A DNA stretch of 64,000 nt, taken from Nemertoderma westbladi (taxonomy: Eukaryota; Animalia; Xenacoelomorpha). Each line of letters starts with the position of its first letter. Positions within the stretch are counted from its first letter, which is position 1. A model generated the notes under the pieces. That model saw only the letters and a program-made list of their open reading frames with translations. It made no database searches and was not told the origin of the DNA. A program made the translations under genes and the position numbers. This document shows, piece by piece, positions 42,608 through 53,970 of this stretch. The DNA lies in assembly GCA_032718475.1 (NCBI GenBank), contig JAUCBJ010006371.1, positions 1-64,000 on the forward strand. Reading direction: 5' to 3'.

Positions 42608-42808
42608 GATGAAGTATTTGACAGCTCTGCTGGTCCAGATATGTTCGAGTTATTGGCGATTGAGGACGTGGACAGTCTGAAGTATATGGGATGGACTGAA
42701 GGGGACCCCGAACCAGAAGATATAGCCGATATAATATTCGACCCCAACGATGTTATGGATGCGGCTTCTGCCGCTGAGACTATAGGCGGTCTAATTAAAG
42801 ATGCAAAG
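42608..42808 (+). CDS. PARP4: PARP4 exon (EDVDSLKYMGW motif)
   Basis: ELLAIEDVDSLKYMGW resembles PARP4 ELIAKEDVDFLPYMSW; tacag| acceptor, aag|gtattt donor, 67 codons. Confidence 0.9.
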
Positions 42809-43209
42809 GTATTTTAATATTTATTAGCTAAATAACTTTGTTATGGGATCAACTAATGGTTCCTTATTTATTTTAGTTTAGTGATATGATTTGATTCTTT
42901 TAAGATTTCTCAGGAAACCAAAATAATATATTCAATTACTAAGGGGGCAGGCATTTTGTTCGTGTTTCATCAATGCATTTAAATATTGCGTCCAAATTGT
43001 CAAATAACAGAATTACCCTGGATCACAATTTGTGCCATTCGATTTTGCATCTCGCTAACAGTCTTCCACATTTTGATGCGTCGCTATCGACACATCTACT
43101 TATTATTCAAGTTGCGTCACATTAACTCCATTTTATTATATTCTTAATCGTATGTAATTAATTATCACAATCCTTTAAAAATGATATATTATTATATTTT
43201 AACTGCTAG

Positions 43210-45586
43210 GTAGCCGAATCTTCCAATATAAAGGAAGCGGAACGCGCATACCGTGAGGCAATGGAAGCTTGCGATAATATTATTGGAGATGAATTACTAA
43301 TGAAACCGATTGCAGTAAAGGCATTCCTCGATAGCAAAATAGCCTGGTTGCGGTTTCTTATCAATTTCAAGAAAGAAGAGGCCTCAACTATAGAGGGTAT
43401 CGTCGAGGCTTTCGATTGGCTATCGCAGGTTGACATGGATGAAATCCCAGAGGATCATCGAGGCGATTACTTCGAGTTAATAGACGATGCCGTTTGTGAG
43501 TTAGGCGAGCTCGGATTTTGGGAGTTGTTGTGTGATTTGGTTGGAACTGAAGAACGCCTTGACATAAACGTTCATTTTGGAGAACTGGTAGAGTCGATGA
43601 AGAAATTCTCCCTACCGGTAGGTGTTAGGCATCTACTCGATGCTTCTCTAGAACTGTGTGAGGAACAGAAATCTAAGGCCTTAGAGGAATTGGGCCATGA
43701 TTATAGTACAAGTGCGTCTTCATCTTCTCTTGATGAGGGGGAGGATGATGATAGAGATGTTTGTGAGTGTTACGATCCTGATCTCACAGGATCTTCCAGC
43801 TACTCCGACGTTGATGAGGCCGTCGCCCCGATTGTTATGGATCTCGGCGGGTTTACCGTCAAGGCGGGATTCGCGGGATACGAGAAACCCTCGGTGACGG
43901 TTCCTACGGCGGTGGGGCGTCCCAGACACCAGGGCGTCATGGTCGGAATGGGTCAGAAGGACAGCTACGTTGGTTCCGAAGCCGTGGGTAGCGTGCCTTC
44001 GGTAGGGAAGGTTCTACCGGAAACCGGTAATTCCGTGAAGAAGAAGAAGAAGAAGGCACGGGTAGTATCGAATGAACCGGTGTTCAACTTGCAGCGAGAA
44101 GTCGCCGAAAAAGCGCCAATTTATACAGAAATAGCGAGGAGGCGGATTGCAGGGGAAGGTGGCGGTTTCGGTGGCGGTGGTGACAAGGGGGCGTCCTTCA
44201 AGGAGGCGCCGATAACAGACTCAAAGGAATTGGGGGTCTCTGAAATTATCACTGGTTCATTATTTGGTGCGTCGAATAAAATGATGGTGCAAGCCGTTCC
44301 ATCCAAGCGTTTGTCAACTTTGAATGCCGCGGCGGCCCCGCAGCAATATTCGCAAAGAACCTACAAATTTGCGGCAGCACCACCGGCACCACCTCCACCA
44401 GGACTTCCTGCGTCATTCGGACCACCACCATCTCAATCTCCAACATACAGTGCAACATCACCTATATCACTAGGATATGGTGCACCACCGTATTCTATTG
44501 CAGCCGCAACTTATGGCACGCCACAAGCATCACCATTTATTTCTGCACCTAGACCGCCAGCACCTCAGCAACACTCCATATTATTTGGTGCACCACCTGC
44601 TCCATCACGACCACTACATCAACCTCCTCCTCCACCTGCACGCAAATCATTTCTACTCGGTGCCCCTCAAGCACTACAATATGCTTCACATATAGGATGG
44701 CGTGCAGAACCACAACCTTCCTTTACATTCGGGGCACCAATACCATCATCAGCTCCGCTCCCGCGGGCAAGAGGTGGAGCATTACCTCAATCACAAGATT
44801 TCGCTCCATCACCGCCCAAACCGGCTCCAGTACAATCCATCACACAACCGCCCTCGCCCCCGCAAGCCGCTACCAAACCTGAATATTTCTGTAATATTTC
44901 GAGAGCTAAGCGAGTAATTACAAGTAAATCAGTGGTGGATAGGAAAGCCAGCGAAATTACATCAGCGATGGATGCAGAAGAATTTGGAGGACTTAGAAAG
45001 ACGACGTCTAGTGGGATTAAGCCATCGTGGAGATCTGTACCTACCCCTGGGGGTAACTTATTGATGGCCGCCGATTATGTTCCTTTCGCAGCCGAAATAC
45101 CCCAGCGAGTTCTATTAAAGAAATCGACGGATCGCGATGCCGTGGTCCTACCTGCAGGAGGTAAAAGGATTCCGGTACCATCGGGACGTGGGGGTTCGCG
45201 TCGGTTCGCCGCCCCTGTCGTCCCCCGACCGTCCATGCGGGTCTCGGATTTCAACGACGAGTTACTAATGGCGAGGAATACGATGTCTCTAGATGATGAA
45301 GATGAGTTGATGGCCGAACTGGATGAGATGGAAGAGGATGGCGACGACGAGTGGGACGACGGAAGTCCAACTCTGTACGATACCGGGTTTAGCTATATAG
45401 ACATGGCTCTCTCTAAGAGTGACCCCGCGGTTCCCAGTATATGTGTAGCACAGCAACTAAAGGCTCTCTGGGAACTCCAAAATAGTGAGGGTTATTGGGA
45501 ACTTTCAGTAGAAGTCGGCGAACTGATTGATATACCGTGCCACCAGATTCTGGCTAATCTAGTTGACGCCGGCCTAATGTCGTTAG
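43210..45586 (+). CDS. PARP4: PARP4 large linker exon (14-3-3-like helices, actin N-terminal fragment, Pro-rich region, WH2/acidic-like motifs, start of MVP-binding domain)
   Basis: 2377-nt open frame; ctag| acceptor, g|gtaagt donor (phase 1); ends [21 protein letters not shown]...AGLMSLG, resembling PARP4 LLSLQTEDGFWKLTPELGLIL...KGIQSLG. Confidence 0.92.
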
Positions 45587-45644
45587 GTAAGTTTATGAAT
45601 AATTTGTTTTGTTTATAATACATTTAGACGCTACCGCCAACCGA

Positions 45645-47426
45645 CCATCGATATGTCCGAGACAGACCGACGATATGTCCGACAGACCGACGATATGTCC
45701 GACAGACCGACGATATGACCGACAGACCGACGATATGTCCGACATACCGACGATATGTCCGACATACCGACGATATGTCCGACAGACCGACGATATGTCC
45801 GACGATATATCCGACGATATGACCGACAGACCGACGATATGTCCGACATACCGACGATATGTCCGACAGACCGACGATATGTCCGACGATATATCCGACG
45901 ATATGACCGACAGACCGACGATATGTCCGACAGACCGACGATATGTCCGACAGAACGACGATATGTCCGACAGACCGACGATGTGTGCGACAGACCGACG
46001 ATGTGTCCGACACACCGACGATATGTCCGACAGACCGACGCTATGTCTGACAGAGCGACGATATGTCCGACAGACCGATGCTATGTCCGACAGACCGACG
46101 ATATGTCCGACAGACCGACGATATGACCGACAGACCGACGATATGTCCGACATACCGACGATATGTCCGACATACCGACGATATGTCCGACAGACCGACG
46201 ATATGTCCGACGATATATCCGACGATATGACCGACAGACCGACGATATGTCCGACATACCGACGATATGTCCGACAGACCGACGATATGTCCGACGATAT
46301 ATCCTACGATATGACCGACAGACCGACGATATGTCCGACAGACCGACGATATGTCCGACAGAACGACGATATGTCCGACAGACCGACGATGTGTGCGACA
46401 GACCGACGATGTGTCCGACACACCGACGATATGTCCGACAGACCGACGCTATGTCTGACAGAGCGACGATATGTCCGACAGACCGATGCTATGTCCGACA
46501 GACCAACGATATGTCCGACACACCGACGCTATGTCCGACAGACCGACGATATGTCCGACAGACCGATGCTATGTCCGACAGACCGACGCTATGTCCGACA
46601 GACAGACGATGTGTCCGACAGACCGACGATATATCCGACAAACCGACGCTATGGCCGACAGACCGACGATATGTCCGTCCGATCGACGATATGTCCGACC
46701 GACCGACGATATATCTGACAGACCGACGATATGTCCGACAGACCGACGATATGTCCGACAGACCGACGATTTGTCCGACCGACCGACGATATGTCCGACA
46801 GACCGACGATATGTCCGACAGACCGACGATATGTCTGACAGACCGACGATATGTCCGACAGACCCACGATATGTCCGACAGACCGACCGTCTCCCGTCTG
46901 ACGATACGTCCGACAGACCGACGATATGTCCGACAGACCGACGATATGTCCGACAGACCCACGATATGTCCTACAGACCGACGATATGTCCGACAGACCG
47001 ACGATATGTCCGACAGACCGACCGTCTCCCGTCTGACGATACGTCCGACAGACCGACGATATGTCCGACAGACCGACGATATGTCCGACAGACCGACGAT
47101 ATGTCAGACAGACCGACGATATGTCCGACAGACCGACGATATGTCTGACAGACCGACGATATGTCCGACAGACCCACGATATGTCCTACAGACCGACGAT
47201 ATGTCCGACAGACCGACGATATGTCCGACAGACCGACCGTCTCCCGTCTGACGATACGTCCGACAGACCGACGATATGTCCGACAGACCGACGATATGTC
47301 CGACAGACCGACGATATGTCCGACAGACCGACGATATGTCAGACAGACCGACGATATGTCCGACAGACCGACGATATGTCCGACAGACCGGACCGTCTCC
47401 CGTCTGACGATACTTCCGACAGACCG
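45645..47426. repeat. 20-bp CpG-rich minisatellite GACAGACCGACGATATGTCC filling the last PARP4 intron
   Basis: About 85 copies; internal 408-bp duplication (ORF-track peptides repeat at 45755 and 46163). Confidence 0.96.
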
Positions 47427-47453
47427 GTTATTTTCCGATTATTTCTGTTCCAG

Positions 47454-47725
47454 GTATTCGCACAACGGACTCGACTACGAGATTCGTTGCCACACTGTTC
47501 GTCCTTCTTTATATATCGAACCTGGATGCTTTTCTCGACGGTGTTGACCTCACGGTCGCTGACCTTAAAAATCTAAAATTCCTCATTGTCAGTGACTTTG
47601 AAGGTCGTCTTGGTAAGGCTGTTGAATTTGTTAAGAAGATTAATGGAAGTTTCCCATTGGTTCTTACCAGTTTGGAATTGGGACGGAATATTCCTGAGTC
47701 TTTAGATATGATAGTCGCAGAATAA
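47454..47725 (+). CDS. PARP4: PARP4 terminal exon: MVP-interacting C-terminus
   Basis: ttccag|gt join gives G-IRTTDSTTRFVATLFVLLYI...KAVEFVKKINGSFPLVLTSLELGRN...AE*, resembling PARP4 LIATMLVLQFI...QASEWVRRTEGQYPSICPRLELGND; TAA at 47723-47725. Confidence 0.9.
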
Positions 47726-47754
47726 ACAGATTCAATGTTATAATGACCAATAAA
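47721..47754 (+). promoter_or_regulatory. Candidate polyadenylation signals (AATAAA at 47721 and 47749)
   Basis: Two AATAAA hexamers at and just after the PARP4 stop codon; usage unverified in AT-rich DNA. Confidence 0.4.
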
Positions 47755-47773
47755 GATAAAAGTTCTCTCTTAA

Positions 47774-50169
47774 CCCTATTAGTACCGGGCTATAAAATGC
47801 TGTACAAATACCGGAGGGGGGTCATATTGACCCCCCCCCCCCCACCCCCCCCCCCCCCCCCCTCCTCTAAAATCTACAAATATTTACGAAAACGTCTGAT
47901 TTTCTGTTTGTACGTAGGTATCACTAGTCTGGATCCGACCGAAAAAAAAATTTTCGAAAAAATGTACTGGGGTGGTTATATTGCAGCTCCAAAATTACAA
48001 GTGGTGCACAATTTTCACAAAATTTAAAAGTTACATTTTCGGCTAATTATTTTTCAATACAGGATTTCTGGGGCGCATAATACATTGGAAAATATTTAAA
48101 AATGATATGATTACTATAAATGGCTGTTTAGTCCTCTCTGCGTAGGAAAAAAAGGAAAAAAACAAGTAACCAGCACTTTTCAGTTAGAACACAAAATATT
48201 TAATTCACTTATACGATGCTATAAATTCACATTTTCAGGTTTTCTAGGGCGCTGATTCTAATGGAATACATTTCTAATATTCCAGATCATTGCTACTTGT
48301 ATTTTTCGGCGTAATTTGGCACATTTTGGTGCTAGCACCAAATTTCGTACCCATCACCAAAAAGTACAAGTTTGCGATGTCCAGTGCTGTTTTTATTGAT
48401 TCCATCGGATTCAGAACCCTCAAAAACCCGTATAACGCAAGAAACAAGGTGACACAATCAAAACGCAAGAAATAAATAGTCAGTCACAAGCAATTTTATC
48501 TATTGAATGGATTTTCAAAATTTCGTGCTTGCACCAAAATTTGCACACAGCACCGAAAAATACAAGTTTGATACGTTTGGTGCAACTCGTATATATATCA
48601 TCGAAACCAGGACCCCAAAAAAACCCCAATTGCGTAAAAAACAAGTTTCAAACAATCAATTTACAAAATTGACATATTTCAAAATTTGGTGCTGGCACCA
48701 AAATTTGACATCCGCCGAAAAAAACAAGTTTGAAATTTCTAAATCAATTTATATGAATTCCATCCAATTGCTAACACCAAAAAACTGGAGTAAATAAAAA
48801 ATAGAGATGTTACAATTCATATTTAATGAAATGTAATTTTCAAAAAAACGTCTCAAAAAATGTGCCAAAAGTTGGGTTAAAAAATGGTGCTATAACTCGA
48901 AAACTACCCAATATTTTTGAAAACGGTTTTCACTACTAGGAAGACAATAGATTTTTAGGAAAAGTCATAAAATTTCAGATTCCCAACTGCGTTTGTTTCA
49001 GAATTCTAATAAAAAAAACCACAGGGGGGCCATTCTCACCAAAATTGGCCAAACGGGTGTCCTGAAGCCATAACTTATGTTTATGGCGGTTCTAGAAAGT
49101 GGTTGATGGCTTCAAAGTTAATGTTAACAGTTAATTTCAGCTCTAACATACATCATGTCTTACCGTAGCAGAACATAATATGGCCAAAAATATGGTCAAA
49201 ATGACATTTTCACATGTCCCAGTTCCAAAGTACTAGTAGAACAAACTGTTAGAAAATTCCAACCCCAAGGTCATATCCAGTAAACCAACATATCGTTAGA
49301 AAGCTGGATAAATAGAGATTCGTTTTCAGCAGTATTTGTATACGTACAATGTAGTTGGTGTCGTACAGCTGCATTTAACATCGTGTCCGACACTTTTCTA
49401 ATTTTTATGTCCGACCCTGTAATGGTGCTCATTTCATCTTAACTTTTTAAGAGCAATCCTAAAAGTAAATGTAATTTGAAAGCAAATTTTCTCAGGATGA
49501 CCACGTTAAAATTTCATCGCATTTGATTAATTTCCGTACAAGTAGTCGTCTTCTAAGTAGACCAAGGTATATGTGACAATCTCTTTGTCCGGCCCCTGTA
49601 ATGGTGAGATATTGCCTATTTAAAAATGATACAATTACTGATAAGAGTTAGTAAAAATACTGCCAGATTCGTATTTCTCAGCGCTTTCAGGGGGTGTATG
49701 AAATATGTAGGTTAGCCACACTGCAAATTATTTATAAACAATAATCAATCACTGTGTCCGGCCCTGTAATGGTGTCCGCCCCTTGTAATGTATGGCTCTA
49801 GGAGGCTCTGGGATCACGTTCACTATTATAATAAAAGTAATATCTTTCATAATTCAAAATATAATTATAGGCGTGGATTATTATATATTTTCCAAGAAAT
49901 GTACGCATTACAAGCCGGACAAATCATTACTGGGCGAACTCGTTTTAAATGCCAAATAAATTTTTTCAACGGCGCAAAAGTGTTTGACTATGGTGCCCAT
50001 GAAATTCCTGAGATCACGAGCTTTCAGATAATATATGGGTTTACTATATTCTGGAGAACAATTTTTTTGGAAATATTTACACCCGTTTTGGCTAATTTTG
50101 GTGAGAATGGGCCAAGGGGGGTCATATTGACCCCCCCACCCCCCCCCCCCCCCCCCGGGTTTAATAGGG
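47774..50169. mobile_element. Non-autonomous piggyBac-like element (2.4 kb)
   Basis: TTAA|CCCTATTA ... TAATAGGG|TTAA; palindromic GGGGGGTCATATTGACCCCCC near both ends; no transposase ORF. Confidence 0.82.
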
Positions 50170-52589
50170 TTAATTGTTGAATATGAATATTGTTGATTTT
50201 TTGTATTCGTTAGATAATTATATTTAATTTTATTTCAAGAAATTAATAGCAAAAAACCTCTAATATGTACAAACACACATACACACAATAATAATGGACT
50301 AGAGAGAGACCCAGACAGCCTGCCGTCCTTATAGATTTAGCTTCTGGGAAAGCCCAACCTCTTGATTGGGGCAAACCACATCACCAATTGCATGCGATAC
50401 ATCCCCCAGATTCTTACGCCATGTATTGTGATTTACCAGATATGACCTCACATATTTGTATCAATAATTATTTGGAGTGTCAGAAATACGCTCTGGGGCG
50501 AGCCATGTAGGAAGGACATAGCGTATGTCAATTGGTTTCTTTCGGCGAGTCGGTTAATTTTTACAATTATTGCCATACCACTAAGACTTTGATATTAATT
50601 ATTTCTTTAAAATAGATCCTGATTGATTACCACGATCTTTGCAGGCCTCAGATTTTCCGTTTTGCTATAACATTCTAGTTACTTGGTGTTACAGTCCTCA
50701 CCAACATTTGTACAAAATGTAATTTAACTTTCATTATATAAACAGATAATTTTTTAATTTTACTTTTATGAACATTTAAATTTTAATAAAAGTAAATTCC
50801 CAAGCTTATTGTGCCTATAGTTCTAATTGAATCATTGTGTAATGTTTGTAGGCCTACAACAGTTAGTACATTGATTAGTATTTTTTTCATGGACTTGTGC
50901 TCAGTATATAATAATAATATTATCTAGGCAGATGAAGCCTGATTCTGATGTACCATACCTGATTCTATTTGTATGCTGGTCTTACAATTAATTGTTATAT
51001 TATTTTTAAAACAAGCTTGAGTAAAAAATGCTTCAAGTTTAGATTAAAATAATAATTATTATTGTGGTCTTTATTGTTGTGATTTTGTAATTATGTATTT
51101 TTTTGTGTAAATTTTTAATATGACTTGATTTTTTAATTTATAATTTAAATTATAATATCAAAAATGCTTTAAATAGTAATCAAACTATGTAACTTACCAT
51201 TCAATTATTAATTCTTAATAATATTATATTTAACGATATTGAAATTTTGTAATTTTTTATGATATCCTAAGCTGAATTACTTTTGTGGATTGATCATCCT
51301 TATTGATTGATTCAGTGAAATTATTTTATGTAGGCTTATTCATGATTTAGGAATAGAGTTAAGGGTTTTAGTGATTTTAACAATTTTAATTATCTACGAT
51401 TGACCTTGGGAAAGGCCATTAAACCCAACGCGTACTCTAGTAATACTAACCAAACACTAAGTCGATAGTAGAGGTCGTCAAGTTGCGCTGTGTAAACTGA
51501 AAAACTAAACAAGCAAATTAAAGTTATTATCTTTTTTTTTACTTGTGTTTTTAGTTAAGGGGTTGTCCTCAAAGTCTAACGACTGATTATTTCCAGCGCG
51601 GTCGCCCGCCATTACTACTTCCCAGAGGAAACCCCAGTACCCATTTAGCTACAGCTTTATGGGTGTAAGTAAGGTAGAGAGATGCACCTTGGCTAGTCCC
51701 TCTAATGCTCTAAAGCATTCGTGCTGAAACCAAAACCACCATGGCCCCTCTCCGGGGATCTACAGAGAGACGTGAATTCAAGGCAACTAATTTAACCCCT
51801 TTTTTTTATTGCAATTTTTTTAGATCTCTCAACTAGAGTGAGTAAGTAAGAAATCTTACGAGGTTAGGTAATTAATACGAATTTCTATGGGAATTCATTA
51901 ATTAGGTTTCGGTTTAAAGTCATAGGGTGCGGTGTGAATTAATTCATCCATACATTAATTTGCATACATTGTGTTGGGGTAACGGCCTACCCATCCGTGT
52001 GATTCATCTGACTTCATCGTTCATTCTCAGTGAATGTAAATGAAATATTTGGGTTGGCAGAGTCGATTGCCACCCGTAAACTATCCATGTACAATCAGCT
52101 AGCTCCCATTGTATAAGTGCAGTTAGGGTGCCGTGTAAGTAAATGGCAGCGATATTGGTATTCACTCTGCCTACCAGTGCCCATTAATAGCGCCTTCCCT
52201 TTTTCCTAATCCAGTGGAATATTAGCCTGGTCCTGCGATCCCCCTCCCTCTACTAAGGGACTATGCCCGGAATAATTCCTGTTCGATCTTTACTGATTAG
52301 CCGGGACTGACTGACTTGGCGAAACTATTTCGTGTGCTCCACGAACCCTATGCCCCCATCCTGCGTCCGTTAAGCCAAGGCCAATCCAACCTGATTGCTT
52401 TGCTTCATCCCACATCCTCAATCCAATCTAATTTGGAAATGTACACCATTACTGCGCAATGTTTACTCCACTCCCGTTTCTAAGGCCATGGTCATAAAAT
52501 TAAGTACCAATCGTTGTAATATAACTATTACAGTAATTTTTCGCGAATATTATATTATTATGCTAATGAATGGGATAATCTTTTAGTCT

Positions 52590-52828
52590 CGTTAAGCCAA
52601 GGAATGCCTGTTCACCACCATGGGTGATCTTCCACAGTAAACCCTTCCACTCTGTTTCCCAGGTTGCCTTGGTTCCCATTTATCGACCACTGAAGGATGG
52701 AGGCCGGGGTTGGGCTAGGCTGCAGCATTTAAAGCACTGTGCCCAAACAGTGCTGCCCCATCTAGGGATCAAACCCGGGCTCCCTAATCGGAAGCACAGT
52801 AATGTCACCACTAGACCAAGCTGCTGCT
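52590..52828 (-). mobile_element. tRNA-derived SINE
   Basis: Minus strand reads TGGTCTAGTGG (A box), GGTTTGATCCC (B box), then GGCCTCCATCCTTCAGTGGTCGATAAATGGGAACC. Confidence 0.68.
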
Positions 52829-53339
52829 TGGTCTATTATGCTAATGGAATATGGATATATATATATCAGAGAATAGTGCAATAATGTATAATAATATAGG
52901 ATTATTTATTTAATAAATTAAATTTATGGATTAAAATTGCAGGTTTCACTTTGTGGCGGCGGATGTTAAACTATTGAGTGACAGTTAAGAATCCTGTAAG
53001 CGGAACATAGGACGTCGCTGCCTAGCTACGACTGTAAGACAAGGCTACTGCCGCTATGGACGGAGTCTGAGTGGCGCCGGTAGTTAATGGTGCGGATAGA
53101 TTTATGTACCGGTACTCCATCCATTTCCTATTCCACACCCCGCTCTAACAGTCAATCACTTCTCAAGAACCCACCCCGTCACACTTTTAAGTAACCAAAT
53201 CCATTAATAATTAGAAATAAACATCCCCCCCCCCATGGTTCCTCGATAATCCATCAATCCAATAATCCATAACCATACATAAATAACCCATACCTCCAAC
53301 TATATACAAACCATAACCAACTGTATATAGTTGATCATG

Positions 53340-53970
53340 CACCTCAACCCAAACCATCTCACCCATCAACCCAAATCATCCCCCCACCAAACCAACCCAT
53401 TTCTCCCACCAAACCAACCCATCTACCCCACCAACCCAACCCACCCCTCCTACCAACCCAACCCACCCCTCCTACCAACCCAACCCATCCCTCCCACCAA
53501 ACCAACCCAACCCATCCCTCCCTCCCACCAAACCAACCCAACCCATCCCTCCCACCAAACCAACCCATCCCTCCCACCAAACCAACCCATCCCTCCCACC
53601 AAACCAACCCTATCTCTCCCACTAAACCAACCCAACCCAACCCAACCCAACCCATCCCTCCCACCAAACCAACCCATCTCTCCCACCAAACCAACCCATC
53701 TCTCCCACTAAACCAACCCAACACATCCCTCCCACCAAACCAACCCATCCCATCCCTCTCCACCATAACCCGACCCATCCCTCCCACCAAACCAACCCAT
53801 CCCATCCCTCTCCACCAACCCAACCCATCCCTCCCACCAAACCAACCCATCTCTCCCACTAAACCAACCCAACCCAACCCATCCCTCCCACCAAACCAAC
53901 CCATCTCTCCCACTAAACCAACCCAACCCATCCCTCCCACCAAACCAACCCAACACATCCCTCCCACCAA
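53340..53970. repeat. C-rich minisatellite (CCAACCCATCCCTCCCACCAAA-like), G4-prone on the minus strand
   Basis: ~22-27-bp degenerate units with almost no G on the + strand. Confidence 0.9.

Noticed and set aside
43807-43983. Separate actin gene or actin pseudogene
   Set aside because: Only residues ~2-58 are present, in frame within a 2.4-kb exon whose end encodes the PARP4 C-terminal domain; no other actin sequence in the window
44119-44153. YTEIARRRI resembles the C-terminal helix of bacterial N4/N6 DNA methyltransferases
   Set aside because: Nine-residue match with no other methyltransferase motifs; likely chance
51380-52400. Possible further SINE/repeat fragments in the intergenic region
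   Set aside because: Only partial motifs (e.g. AAATGGGTAC on the minus strand); no complete A/B boxes or boundaries that I could support
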